Source: Corallochytrium limacisporum Hawaii
Taxonomy: Eukaryota; Protista; Pluriformea
Assembly: GCA_002811645.1 (NCBI GenBank)
Contig: PDIP01000083.1
Location: 1-32,201, forward strand
Length of the DNA stretch: 32,201 nt
Reading direction: 5' to 3'
This document shows positions 11,162 to 21,754 of this stretch, one piece after another (the stretch's first letter is position 1; every line of letters begins with the position of its first letter). The notes beneath the pieces were generated by a model. It saw only the letters and a program-made list of their open reading frames with translations, had not been told where the DNA came from and did no database searches. A program made the translations under genes and the position numbers.

Positions 11162-11587
11162 TCAAGCAGAAGCGTTGTCGTCGTCACCACCTGTTGTAGT
11201 CCCATTATTGTCGAGTTTAATCGCATCCAATTTGCCCCGGGGAGGATGGTGGGCATGAGGACGGTGAAGCGGAGGACTCGGGGGAGGCGGACGAAGCGGA
11301 GGACTCGGGGGAGGCGGACGAAGCGGATGACTCGGGGGAGGCGGACGAAGCGGGGGACTCGGGGGAGGGGCAACGGCACCTCTTCTAGACGATGATGAGG
11401 AAGCTGTTGCCGAAGACGTTGTAGACTGCCTGTTGTTGCTGTTGAAGTCAGACTTGTGTCTGCCATGGGTACGCAGGGCTTCGTGGTCTTTCTCTTGTTG
11501 ATGATGGCGCGGAGCAGGAGCTGGGGCAGCCACCACTATGGCCACTAAAGCCATGAAAAGCAATAGCGCGAAAGTTTTGACTCTCAT
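11162..11587 (-). CDS. Small secreted proline-rich protein/precursor (141 aa), probably a truncated allele of a longer repeat precursor
   Basis: Classic signal peptide MRVKTFALLLFMALVAIVVA|APAP, dibasic SSRR site, then about 4 copies of PPPSPPLRP. Confidence 0.7.
   Translation of the reverse strand: MRVKTFALLLFMALVAIVVAAPAPAPRHHQQEKDHEALRTHGRHKSDFNSNNRQSTTSSATASSSSSRRGAVAPPPSPPLRPPPPSHPLRPPPPSPPLRPPPPSPPLHRPHAHHPPRGKLDAIKLDNNGTTTGGDDDNASA
11266..11368. repeat. 27-nt coding minisatellite, about 3.8 copies
   Basis: Unit gaagcggaggactcgggggaggcggac starting at 11266, 11293, 11320 and 11347. Confidence 0.95.
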
Positions 11588-13536
11588 AACGTCTTCAACA
11601 GTAGGATATAGGTTGTTCCAAGATCAGAGTTGCCAATAAACGTAAGATCGATGGATCCTTGAACTCACATACCCTGATCATCCGCCTGTCTAGGGATGGT
11701 ATGGAGTTCAGTCCACAATGTATATCACATGTTACATGTACTTAAATCCAGCAGAGCCTTTTCCACTCTCTGTCTTCTTCATATATACACAAGTCTTCAC
11801 GTCGAAGCTGTCAGGGTGCTCAGGGTCTCTATGATATCAGGGACCAAGACGAGAGGGGCTAGCCCGAAGAATCTGTAGAAATTTGTACTCCTACCCCGCT
11901 TACGCAGACCATCTTCTACGACGCACACTGTCCGTTGGCAGGTCCTCTCGGATGTGTTCCCTACATGCTTGTATGTCCAGTATAATATGAGGAATAACAG
12001 CATATGCGTAGTACGATCCACACCGACAATGTCTGCGGTCGGTTCTGCTTTCAGGCCTGTCGGTGTTGTCAATATTTTGGCTTCCCAACAAAAATCCCGG
12101 TCCGAGATTACATCCCGGTGTAGCGTAGCCAGAAGACATCTGAAGATTACTTTCGTAAAGGTCACAAAAGTAGCATACCTGAGGGCTTTTTGGTTTTTCC
12201 GCTGACACTTCACAAACTTCAGCCCCTCCCGCAACCCTTTTTTTTTTTCCCCTTCCTCAACTATGCAATCCCTAAGAGCCGAGAAAGGAGCTGCTGCTGC
12301 CGGTTCCGTAAGGAAACAAATCATTCACTAACACGGGCTGCAGCAGGCCTATGGAGAGAAATCCCTGTCCTTCTGGCTGCGCAGCCACACCCGATTGAGG
12401 ACACAGGACTTTCTTCGTTGCGGTTCAACTGGCGCGCTGCCACCAGCACTTAAAAAACTGGCGTCCTTAAGATGTCTTGCTGTAATAATGCAGTTCAACA
12501 GCAGCGGGCAAGACAGGCGGTACTTGCCGTCTAGGATGGCTATCATAAAATTCGGCCGTTAGTGTGGGCGAAGGGATCTTGGCTCCCCCGGCCCGAAAAC
12601 TTTTTTGACTGCTTGCCGAAGGAAAATTTGTTACTTTCCATATTAGGAAGGTCGCAGAGTATTAAATGGTCAATGGGTTGGTAGTGCATTGAATGCGTAC
12701 GCTGTCCAAGGAAATCCAATGCAGTGCCAGTTTCTGTACCACCTACCTACGCTGGGTGAACCGTACCGTAGTGCAAAGGACCATGCCAATAGGGCCTCGT
12801 AAGCATGCTCGCGTGTATTATGCAACGCACCTGTTTCGTACCTGTCATTTTGACTTGACTACAGCCGTCCATTCCAAAAGGATAAGAGCCAGGGCCGTCA
12901 CAAAATATTGGGCGTACGAGGGCGCTGTGCAAGGGACAAACAAGCTGGTCAATACGGAACCCTGCACTAGAACAGAACGCAGGGTGTAATAGAACGCGAA
13001 TAGACGGGTCGCGATGGGATGCGCACGCGCGAAAGGATTTTCCTTTCCCCGGGTGATGAAACAATTCCCCATCTCCTCCGTCCCTCCCCGTGGTGCAGAA
13101 GGGCCCAAGTCATTGGAAGAAAAATTTGTGGAGCAAGGGTAAACTGCTTAACTTCTGGCAGGGACGAAGGATTTAGTTTCTCGGAGGCCTCCTGCCCGGC
13201 GGGGCCTTCCGAACGCACTCAGTGTGCGGAGTCGGAAGGGAAAGGCATTGCCACCCTAGAGCCCATCGGTCCAGTGCATTGATGGCGCCCATATTTCTGA
13301 ATTTAAAACCCTTCTGATGATATGTTCGACCATAATTGTGACGGGAATAGAGAAAAACAAACTGTCTCGGCAGTTATAGCATGTGCTACCCTCAAGCGCC
13401 CTCGCATGAGGAGTGTTTCACCGAACGACAAAGAGGTATTTAAGGAACGACTAAATGCGGGGCCTTCTTGGGCACTCAGAAGTCTGATCAGGCAATTTGT
13501 TAAAGAAAACTAGCAATTGATTTTAAAGAATTAACC

Positions 13537-14115
13537 ATGAAGATGCTCAAACAATTTATCCTTCTCTTGGTGGTCGCTCTCGTGGCTACTACCATGGCTG
13601 CTCCTCTTCCTGAACGGGATCCTTCTGTGAGGTCCGGTATTGACCGACGAGCCACAGGAGAAAACACCAGTGGCATTAGCAAGAAAAAGTACAAGAAGTA
13701 TGCAGAGGAGTTTGGTTCACACAAAGACGCATCCGCGATGATCGAAGCCTTTGAAGTCATTCAATGCGTCTATGACAACCTCAATGGGACTAGCATCACG
13801 GATGGTGATGACAGCGCAACCAACGCTTTCCTCCAATTCATTGCGGATGCCGTCAGCGGTGAATACGACGATATTGATGCCTGCACGTCGGAGGACGGCC
13901 AGACTGTCTCTCAACAGATAGACAGCTTGACCAAAGACCTCAAGAGTATTGCCAACCCCACCCGCAAATTCGTGACCCTTCACTTGAAGTCTATGGAGAA
14001 GTTTGTCAGCCAGAATGACGTTGATGATGTTGACTATATCGGCACTCTGTTGCGTAACATGAAGCATGCCCAGAAGATGGCGACGACAAGTACGACTTCA
14101 TCTGACAGCTCCTGA
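13537..14115 (+). CDS. Secreted protein of unknown function (192 aa)
   Basis: Signal peptide MKMLKQFILLLVVALVATTMA|APLP, propeptide ending in DRR, acidic helical-looking body with two Cys, coding-like codon usage, accATG context. Confidence 0.8.
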   Translation: MKMLKQFILLLVVALVATTMAAPLPERDPSVRSGIDRRATGENTSGISKKKYKKYAEEFGSHKDASAMIEAFEVIQCVYDNLNGTSITDGDDSATNAFLQFIADAVSGEYDDIDACTSEDGQTVSQQIDSLTKDLKSIANPTRKFVTLHLKSMEKFVSQNDVDDVDYIGTLLRNMKHAQKMATTSTTSSDSS

Positions 14116-14346
14116 TCTTTCTCAATCCATGAATATCTGAAACTTGATTCCACAGTGATACGCGTGCGCAACATCATTAAATGTGTTGTGGCCAGAACGT
14201 CGTCGGGATTGCATATCACGCACTTTCAACGCTGACTAAACGACAGATAGAATCAAACACCGAGACCACATGGCCTGCTGCAAGCAATTTTCATAAATAA
14301 AGGATAGATATATTGCAGACCTCATGTTCGCCAAGAGTTGTAGTAC

Positions 14347-15468
14347 CTACAGACTAATTATGTGTCCAGTTTGCGGGTCGCTTTGATTCTTCACAAAGCC
14401 TTGGTAAATGGCATCAACACTCTCCATTCCCTGATGCTCCTTAATCTTGACCCACTGCGCGGCTTTCTTCAAGAATGCGACCCAGTCAGCGGCGACAGCT
14501 TGCTGGAACCCTGCGGCTCCCATCTCTGATGAGACTTTTTGAGCTTGAGTGGGTGCAAAGAAAAAGGCTGGCGTTGGCCCCGGCAGGTCCTCTTCTTCTT
14601 TCCCCGCATTGGCCATGAAACTTTCCCATTGGGTTAGTCCAACGAGAACGCTGGCCTTCAACCTGGCATCAAAACGCTCATGAATGGTTTTCCGTAGAGT
14701 AGCGTTACCAGCAATGTCAATGTAAACTGCAGGTACGTCCACATTCAGTTCCTGCACATCACCGTAGGATACGACCTGGTCGTAGATTCCTAGGCTCTTG
14801 ACGAATTCCACGTTCTTGGCACTGGTCAGGCCCACCACCTTGACCTTGTCGTTGCTGTGGGTATGGAGCTGCGTCGCTGTACCGATGGAAGTCTTTGACG
14901 AAGCAGAGCTGATGATGACCTGCTTGGCTCCCTTGAAATCCTCCTCTGCTACGAAATTAGCAAGCAAAAAGGCTGTCATGAAGAGGGGTCGGTAGACCGC
15001 AATTTGGCCTTCTAACTCGGGTTTGTAGGCAGGGTCACTTGCAGTGCGGGTATAGTAATTGTAGATCGGTGCCTGCTTTTGGCGATGCACTGCGCCATCC
15101 ACGAAACCTCGCTCGCCTACCTTCGTTGGCTTCAGGATGATCTTCTGAGCAATGGGCCAATAGCCATACCAGCGACTGCCGACATCAACACCTTCGGCCT
15201 TACTCTTGACAACGGTGGCAAAGCCCCAGACAGGAACCTGACCGAAAGATTCAGGTTCGCCCGTCGGGAAAAAGTCAAAGTACATCAGATCGGGCGCAGA
15301 TCCCAAGGCAGCATAGGTAATATTGTTTGCAGTTAAAGCAAATTTTTGCACCTCCATCAATACCTCGCCCTCGGCAATGTCATCGGGCAGGACGAGATCA
15401 GTAACTTTGCAGTTGCTGATGTCCTTTTTCGAGGTCTGATAGGACTTAACATTTAGAGCTGCCGGCAT
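14347..15468 (-). CDS. DUF2855 family protein (MDR-like fold)
   Basis: 373 aa. Recognisable family motifs FALTANNITYA, YFDFFP, VPVWGFATV, YRPLFMTAFLL, IISSASSKTS, FFFAP and C-terminal DPQTGHIISL. Confidence 0.88.
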   Translation of the reverse strand: MPAALNVKSYQTSKKDISNCKVTDLVLPDDIAEGEVLMEVQKFALTANNITYAALGSAPDLMYFDFFPTGEPESFGQVPVWGFATVVKSKAEGVDVGSRWYGYWPIAQKIILKPTKVGERGFVDGAVHRQKQAPIYNYYTRTASDPAYKPELEGQIAVYRPLFMTAFLLANFVAEEDFKGAKQVIISSASSKTSIGTATQLHTHSNDKVKVVGLTSAKNVEFVKSLGIYDQVVSYGDVQELNVDVPAVYIDIAGNATLRKTIHERFDARLKASVLVGLTQWESFMANAGKEEEDLPGPTPAFFFAPTQAQKVSSEMGAAGFQQAVAADWVAFLKKAAQWVKIKEHQGMESVDAIYQGFVKNQSDPQTGHIISL

Positions 15469-16259
15469 ACTTCTTTTCCATTGATAGCTTGAACGGTCTA
15501 GCTAGTGTATTCATCTTGTCAATGTCAAACCCACCTCACGGTCCCGAATACCAGCAAATAGCAGTCTATGCACCGAGCCGGTGGTATGCAGAGTGCCTCG
15601 GCGCACAGCGATGAGCAGGAACTAAACAAGAAGAGATCGCCAGACGCCCTTCCTCAGCTCAGACCCTTCACGATCCGCCGGCCACCCCCCCCCCCCTTGG
15701 TGTTTGCTTCCTATCTTTCTGCGATCTAACACTACTGCGCAATAAATGCCATTCTACACAATTCCACACCGCTCCCCATCAGGTGACGATCAGCACAAGC
15801 CGCGGAGGATCCCCCCACTTTCCCAAACTCCCTTGACCTTGTGAATCGCTGGGGCCGCGAGAGACCCACTGCCACGGCTCCGAGAAATTCTCTACCGAAA
15901 GAAAGGAATTCATTTTTCTTCCGGCCTAAAATTAGGCTCCCTGACAAACCACCATCTCAAACCTACCGCGGCAAAGTTTCGCGTAAAATATTGCAAACGA
16001 ATCCAGATTTGGTCGAGTGTGCAGTCCCCTCGCGGAGGTCCCGAAAACAGTAAACAGGGTGACCATGGAGTAGAAACCAAACTTTCGCAGTTCAGCGGAA
16101 TTCCTGACCGCCATCGTAGGTCCATTCTAGGAAACGTTAGCGGTAGAGCACAGGCAGGTGATTCTGTGGTACTTATATGATCATGACTACTAAATGTACC
16201 ATGTCTTCTCAGCTGCTTTGTTTGGAAGTATTAACTTCAGTTGACCTTCGGACACAGAC

Positions 16260-16661
16260 ATGGTGCTTGTACACGTTGTTAGCTTTAAGTTCAAGGAGGA
16301 CACTCCTCAGTCGACCCGGGACGTGAGTATTCAAATGTAAACTTTTGATACCATTCGATTTAGGGACATAATTTGTGCTAACAGACATATAACTTTCTCT
16401 CCTTCACTCATACAGGAAATCGTTGCAGAACTCCGGGCCCTGATCAAGTTGGATGCAGTCCTGTCCATGCAGGTGGGACACCATGATAAGTCCCTGTCCC
16501 CATCTGAGCGCAGTGATGGCTTCCACACGTGTCTTGTCTCCACGCACGAGAACAAGGAGAAGCTCAGTGAGTACTCTACCCACCCAGAGCACCAGGCTGT
16601 GGTTGCCAAGATCGGCCCCGTCGCGGAGAAGATCACCGCTCTGAACTACTTCGATGCTTAA
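16260..16661 (+). CDS. Dabb (stress-responsive A/B barrel) protein, two exons 16260-16322 and 16416-16661, 102 aa
   Basis: Spliced product MVLVHVVSFKFKEDTPQSTRD|EIVAELRALIKLDAVLSMQVG...SDGFHTCLVSTHENKEKLSEYSTHPEHQAVV...ALNYFDA. Has the Dabb hallmarks HVVxFKFK, GF/YxH and YxxHPxH. Confidence 0.9.
16323..16415 (+). other. Spliceosomal intron (93 nt, phase 0)
   Basis: Donor GTGAGT, branch-like GCTAAC near 16377, pyrimidine tract and acceptor TACAG. AT-rich and contains an in-frame TAA. Removing it restores the Dabb domain. Confidence 0.9.
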
Positions 16662-17277
16662 GGGAGGACCTGCTACCCATCATCTTGTTGCCATAGATTT
16701 TATGATTACAGTATGTTCTATAACAAGACGTTATCTGTGAAGCCTCGGACTCGAGGGATGAGGAACCTTTGCCCATCATGCTGCACCGTGCCCACAGGTC
16801 ATGTGGCTCGCTCGAAAATTGACTCCGGCTTATCAGTACATTTGATAGGGAAAATCGCCGGTGGCCAGGGACCTACAGCAGACCACGGGGCCACAAACAT
16901 AGTGAGGGAGCGCGGGCGAGAAGATATTGAAATTGATCTGAGCAGTATGAGCAGTAGAGGCAAAGAAAGGGGAGGGGGGGCGCGGCGGTACTGTAGGTCT
17001 GTCGGGCCCTCATGGAGGGACCCTGCGCGGTTGAGTGACCGTTTTCTTTGCATGGTATTTCAAAAACAAAGACAAGATTAACCGTGCAGAATTCGTTACT
17101 TCCTCCACACAAATTTCTTGCAATATTGGTTTCAACCACAAGCGCATGTTTCGAGTTTTTTGGTTTGTTTCTAAAGTAACCAAAATGTAGAGAAATGTTA
17201 AGAACGGTTTGAAATCACTACATATCAGATAAAGAAAGAAAACGCAAACAACAACAGTGAAGTTCATACAATCAATC

Positions 17278-18582
17278 ATGGCAGACACAGCGGGTAGGTT
17301 TGCCCGTGATGATGATCCCGAATCTGACGAAGAAGCTGCGCCGCAGCCGAACACCACGACCAATGTCAACGGGTCGGGCACCGTGGAACCGGGCGAGTTG
17401 CCACCCGTAGCCTCCACTGCGGAACTTGAGGAAGGTGAACTGCTTCCCCAAAGTGGAGAGGAAAAACGCAGCCACCGTAAGAGGATCCCCCACTTTTTTG
17501 GATCAATCAGCCCGGCCCTGAAAAAGGACGTCGAAGAGCGCCTGGCACGAGCAGAGGACGAGAACCGCAAGCGCGCGGAGCGCTTCGGCATGAACTATAA
17601 GGCACCGAACCCTTTATCAGTCATGGACAATAAGGAAATTGCGCGCATGAAGTACAGCAATCCCAATGCTAACCGGCTGAACGCTGGTGTTGATCTTCTA
17701 TCCGAGGAACAGCAACAAAGAATTAAGGAACGGGCCAATCGGTTCGGGGTGGAGCAGCCAGCTGAGGAGTCGGCTCTTTTGATCAAGGAGCCCCAGCCAG
17801 CCGGCGACTATCCGTCGATCTATGATGAAGTCATGGATCTGGATACACAAAACCCCGTCCCAGAGATTCCCGAGGATGTCCAGCGAAGGTACGACGCAGT
17901 GTTCCTGCATGGGACGGACCAAATGAGCACCAAGGACGTCTTGGGTTACTTTGAGGAGTTCGGACCTGCCTATGTAGAGTGGATCAATGACTCTAGCTGT
18001 AATGTAGTTTGGGACGATGACTATAGCGCCAAGCGTGCCATAGCGGCGATTAGCACTGACAACTCCATGCGGGACGGTGAGAAGGACTACGGATTCAGTT
18101 ACCGTGCGGGAAGGCCACACATCAAGGCCAGCACGCTGCTGTTGCGCCTTGCGACGGTGGAAGATATAAAGGAAGTCGGTGCCGGACGGAAATCTCAGTA
18201 CTACAAGATCCACGGTAATCCGTTCTGGCGTGGCGGCCGCGGACGCGGACGCGGTGGACGTCGTCGTTACCACAAGGATCCCTATGAGAAGCCCGACCCG
18301 TCAGCAAGGCGGCGCCTGATGGCACGGATGGAGATTGACGTCGGTCGCGCAGACCGACGTGAGGAGCTTATTAAAACGGCACGGGAGGAAGACGAGCAGA
18401 AAAAGGAAGGCGCGCAGGACGGAGATCAGCTACCGCCTGTTCCTACTGAGGAAGGAGAGCTTGCGCCGGCGGGAACCACGGCTGAAGTTTCTGCTGCGGC
18501 GACGACCGATGCAACATCTCAGCCAGTACCCGAGGTGCAGGATCAGCAGCAGGCGCCTGCGGACCCTGCTCCGGAAGCTTGA
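17278..18582 (+). CDS. NCBP3: Nuclear cap-binding protein subunit 3 (DUF2414 RRM-like domain)
   Basis: RAERFG and RANRFG repeats, AVFLHGTDQMSTKDVLGYFEEFGPAYVEWINDSSCNVVW, LLLRLATVEDIK, SQYYKIHGNP and an RGG box. First ATG is 17278. Confidence 0.88.
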   Translation: MADTAGRFARDDDPESDEEAAPQPNTTTNVNGSGTVEPGELPPVASTAELEEGELLPQSGEEKRSHRKRIPHFFGSISPALKKDVEERLARAEDENRKRAERFGMNYKAPNPLSVMDNKEIARMKYSNPNANRLNAGVDLLSEEQQQRIKERANRFGVEQPAEESALLIKEPQPAGDYPSIYDEVMDLDTQNPVPEIPEDVQRRYDAVFLHGTDQMSTKDVLGYFEEFGPAYVEWINDSSCNVVWDDDYSAKRAIAAISTDNSMRDGEKDYGFSYRAGRPHIKASTLLLRLATVEDIKEVGAGRKSQYYKIHGNPFWRGGRGRGRGGRRRYHKDPYEKPDPSARRRLMARMEIDVGRADRREELIKTAREEDEQKKEGAQDGDQLPPVPTEEGELAPAGTTAEVSAAATTDATSQPVPEVQDQQQAPADPAPEA

Positions 18583-18739
18583 ACACTCTGCAAGGCATGG
18601 GATGCGTTGGTCCTGGAATGGCTGAGGTGTCTGTCAAGACAAAGTAAACAAAACAAATAACCTTACAAAATATTGCTCGCGTATTGTAGAATCACAAAGT
18701 GTTTAACCAATTCCGGGATTTAATCATTGGGATCTTTGT

Positions 18740-19888
18740 CTAGGCGCTCGCATGCTTCAGCAGCACCTTGCCCTTGCGACCTTTCTCGTACAATGCGTTC
18801 ATGGCCTTCTGGTACTCCGTAATGGGGACAATGGGTCCAATCTCCGGGGTGACCACTCCCTCAGCCATGCTCTGAATCATCTGTCCCAGGACCTTCTGGC
18901 TTTGAGCAGGGTCCCTAGCAAACCAAGTGCTCAGCCACCAGCCGTGAATATCGATATCCTTGAAGATAAGCTCGCCGACATTCACATCCAGAGTCTCTCC
19001 GGACTGCATGCCGTAACCATAGTACTGTCCTTTCGGGGCCAGGGCTTTGATGCACACTGTGCCGGTGTCTCCACCTACGGCATCCACAACCGCGGCGATG
19101 CGCGCCCCTCCGGTGAGCTTCGCGACCTCAGCAGCAAACGCATTGGCGTCACCGCCCTGATCGAACACAACAGCGGCATCGCCACCACACTCATTCACGA
19201 TCTCGTCCACGGCCTCCTTACGGCGAACGACGTTCAAAACCTTCACACCCTTGCTCTTGGCCATGTTGATGAACATACGGCCCAGTGTGGAAGTCGCAGC
19301 GGTTTGGATGACCCAGTCCTCCTTGGATTTCTGGGCAGCAATACAATCATCAAGCATGCCGTACGCTGTCAGAGGGTTCACAAACAGCTGAGCAGCGTAC
19401 TCATCTTTCAGACCGTCTGGGATCGGCACGACGGTCTGTTCGGTGACCTTGACGAATGCGCCCCAGGACCCAGCCTCATTGCGCAATACAGGCACGACAC
19501 GCTGTCCTTCCTTAACGGCGGTAACCCCATCGCCCACGGCGTGGACAACACCGACACCCTCGAGACCGGGGCAGAATGGGAAGTTCTTCTCCGTAACGTG
19601 GCGGACACCGGGATAGACACCCATGACGGTAAAGCCATCAGCAGGGTTCACTGCAGCCATTACCATGCGGACGACAACCTCTCCAGGTCCGGCAGAGGGA
19701 GCTTCCTGGTCAATCACTTTCAGGACACCGTCCTGAGTGGGGTGACCGGGGCTAACGACTTGCAACGCGGGGGCCATTGTGCTGTAGTAGTTGATCTGTC
19801 TCTTGGTTGCAGAAGGCACTCTCTTAGGCAGGGATGTCCTCAGTGATTGTTGAATGACCGGTCGAGCTCGGACTAGAAAGCGGTTCAT
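18740..19888 (-). CDS. Zinc-independent MDR oxidoreductase, trans-2-enoyl-thioester reductase (MECR/ETR)-like, with putative mitochondrial presequence
   Basis: AAVNPAD...GVYP, PGLEGVGVV, QLFVNPLTAYGML, QTAATSTLGRM, LNVVRR, YGMQSG and GKVLL. The N-terminal 37 aa are Arg/Ser-rich and acid-free. First ATG is 19888. Confidence 0.88.
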   Translation of the reverse strand: MNRFLVRARPVIQQSLRTSLPKRVPSATKRQINYYSTMAPALQVVSPGHPTQDGVLKVIDQEAPSAGPGEVVVRMVMAAVNPADGFTVMGVYPGVRHVTEKNFPFCPGLEGVGVVHAVGDGVTAVKEGQRVVPVLRNEAGSWGAFVKVTEQTVVPIPDGLKDEYAAQLFVNPLTAYGMLDDCIAAQKSKEDWVIQTAATSTLGRMFINMAKSKGVKVLNVVRRKEAVDEIVNECGGDAAVVFDQGGDANAFAAEVAKLTGGARIAAVVDAVGGDTGTVCIKALAPKGQYYGYGMQSGETLDVNVGELIFKDIDIHGWWLSTWFARDPAQSQKVLGQMIQSMAEGVVTPEIGPIVPITEYQKAMNALYEKGRKGKVLLKHASA

Positions 19889-21614
19889 CTTCAACGAGTT
19901 AAATACCTACCATGATCTTGTTCGTGATCATGCGTAGAACAACACGCCGTGGGAATCATTATCATCGCTGGCATGCAACAAACAGCCTTCGGTTTCCGAT
20001 ACAGTGCTGTAGGGTGCAAAGCCCAAGATCCAGACGTTGGGCGAACACTTGTGGAGCATCCCTTTGTTTATCCTTCCGAACAGGCCTCGCCGCCCAGTGG
20101 CACACGCATACGTTCCCTACGCACTCGCCCCTCTGTTTCCTATGCGTCATCCAATCGAACCAAACTCGGAGGAGTAAAAGAATGGGGCGTATTTCTGCCT
20201 TATCGTGGTTCTTAGACTTACCATTTAATGAGCAAGTACTTCTTCGCCCCATTTCTTTTTTTTTCCCTTTTTTCTTTTTTTTTTTCAAAACGAGAGATCA
20301 TAACAAGTATCAAGAGACCGTGCACGCTATCGGTATTGTGGACATGCCTACACACTCTTTGCAAAGGTTTGGTCCCTAGTGACAGACCCCACTACCAACC
20401 AGCTGATCTGACATGTTCTTCCGCGATCGCTCGTCCAGCCATGATGTTCCACTTCGGTTAGGAGAAAGGCTTTCTCGGTTTTTCTCATTTCACTACAATC
20501 ACAACCCTTCTGGCCTTTTGTCCCCCTTGAAAATGAATGATTTAGTTTTCACCACGGTACCACTGGCTTTCCTGCCCGACTGGTACTGGCCGTTTAAATG
20601 CGTACTATGATTTATAAGGCATAGCATCAGCTGACGGTCTGACTATAGAGGAACTACGAAGAAAATTATCACGGACTCAAATCAATGGAGCCATCCTCCT
20701 CTCTCAGACCCTCCTCGGCATTTTCTGGATTTTATTAGGTCCCCAGTTTGAGATTCGATATTCTAGGAATATATTCCATTTGCGGCTCTGCTTGCATGTT
20801 TCCTCTGGGGAGCCCGAACTTGGTATTGATCCTTTGGCGGGGTTTCAGCAGTTCCTGTTCGGCAATGGGCGGTTGGCTAATAGGCGGAGGCGAGACAGTA
20901 AAATCAAAATTGCATCAACGGGTTATGGAAGCACTGCGCGCACCTTGGTGGCGGCCCGACTAGATTTGAAAAGGAAAGTGGAGTTGAGTACGGTGGTACT
21001 AGGTTTGCACGGGACCGGGGCCCCGGTGTTCGAAAGAGTCCACAGATGGCCGGTCGGCAGGAACAGGCTCTCCCGCCCGTGTTTGCTTTTGCTTCTGTGC
21101 GCTGCCGACGGCAGGGAGTTTTCCTTGCTCGAAGCAGAGCGGATGCGCACCTGAGTGGTTGGTGAGGAGATGGGTCAAGGGGAGCCGAAGAGTGGGTCAG
21201 TTAGATCGGTAAATAAACAAATTGCTCGCGGGTGGTACGGGGACTGTGCATCTGCTATAGGCATCCCGTGTAAATGGGAATGTCTATTCGATGCGACTGG
21301 GACTTGCAGGGGGAAGCATAGTTCTCTTTCACAATCAACATAGCATTCCGTGAGCCCAATTGTGGGACGTGCGCACTGAATTCTGGAGTGTTGCTTGACG
21401 CAAGCAGGGTCTGTTTTTAGGACAGGGGTACAGTGCCGTATACTGTAGCGGACTTGTGGCCGTGTGTGAATAGAGGACAGACTGCTGCGTAGAACAGTGT
21501 CCGCCAGTCGAGTGGTGTGCAGGGCTGGCTTACTGTAAAGGTACACAGAATCAGAATGTCCAACAACAGACTGAGTTGTGCTTAATACTCTCAGTAAGAA
21601 TCAGACGATCTATA

Positions 21615-21658
21615 ACACACACACACACACGCACACACACACACACGCACACACACAC

Positions 21659-21708
<50 letters not shown>
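21615..21708. repeat. (CA)n microsatellite, about 94 nt with a few CG interruptions
   Basis: Directly visible; ends about 46 nt upstream of ATG 21755. Confidence 0.98.
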
Positions 21709-21711
<3 letters not shown>

Positions 21712-21754
21712 GGAACACCCGAACCTTGAACATACAGTGATCTGAGGCGGAATA

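Noticed and set aside
11266-11368. Repeat array as a CRISPR candidate
   Set aside because: Head-to-tail repeats without spacers, inside a eukaryotic CDS, and no cas genes.
11797-12324. ORF with VISDRD and SERT...VVEDGLR, reminiscent of an LTR integrase core
   Set aside because: D-to-E spacing is about 51 rather than 35, there is no HPQ motif, and no LTR or RT context. Likely coincidence.
18752-19846. 364-aa plus-strand ORF antisense to the MDR reductase
   Set aside because: Typical antisense shadow with no recognisable domain.
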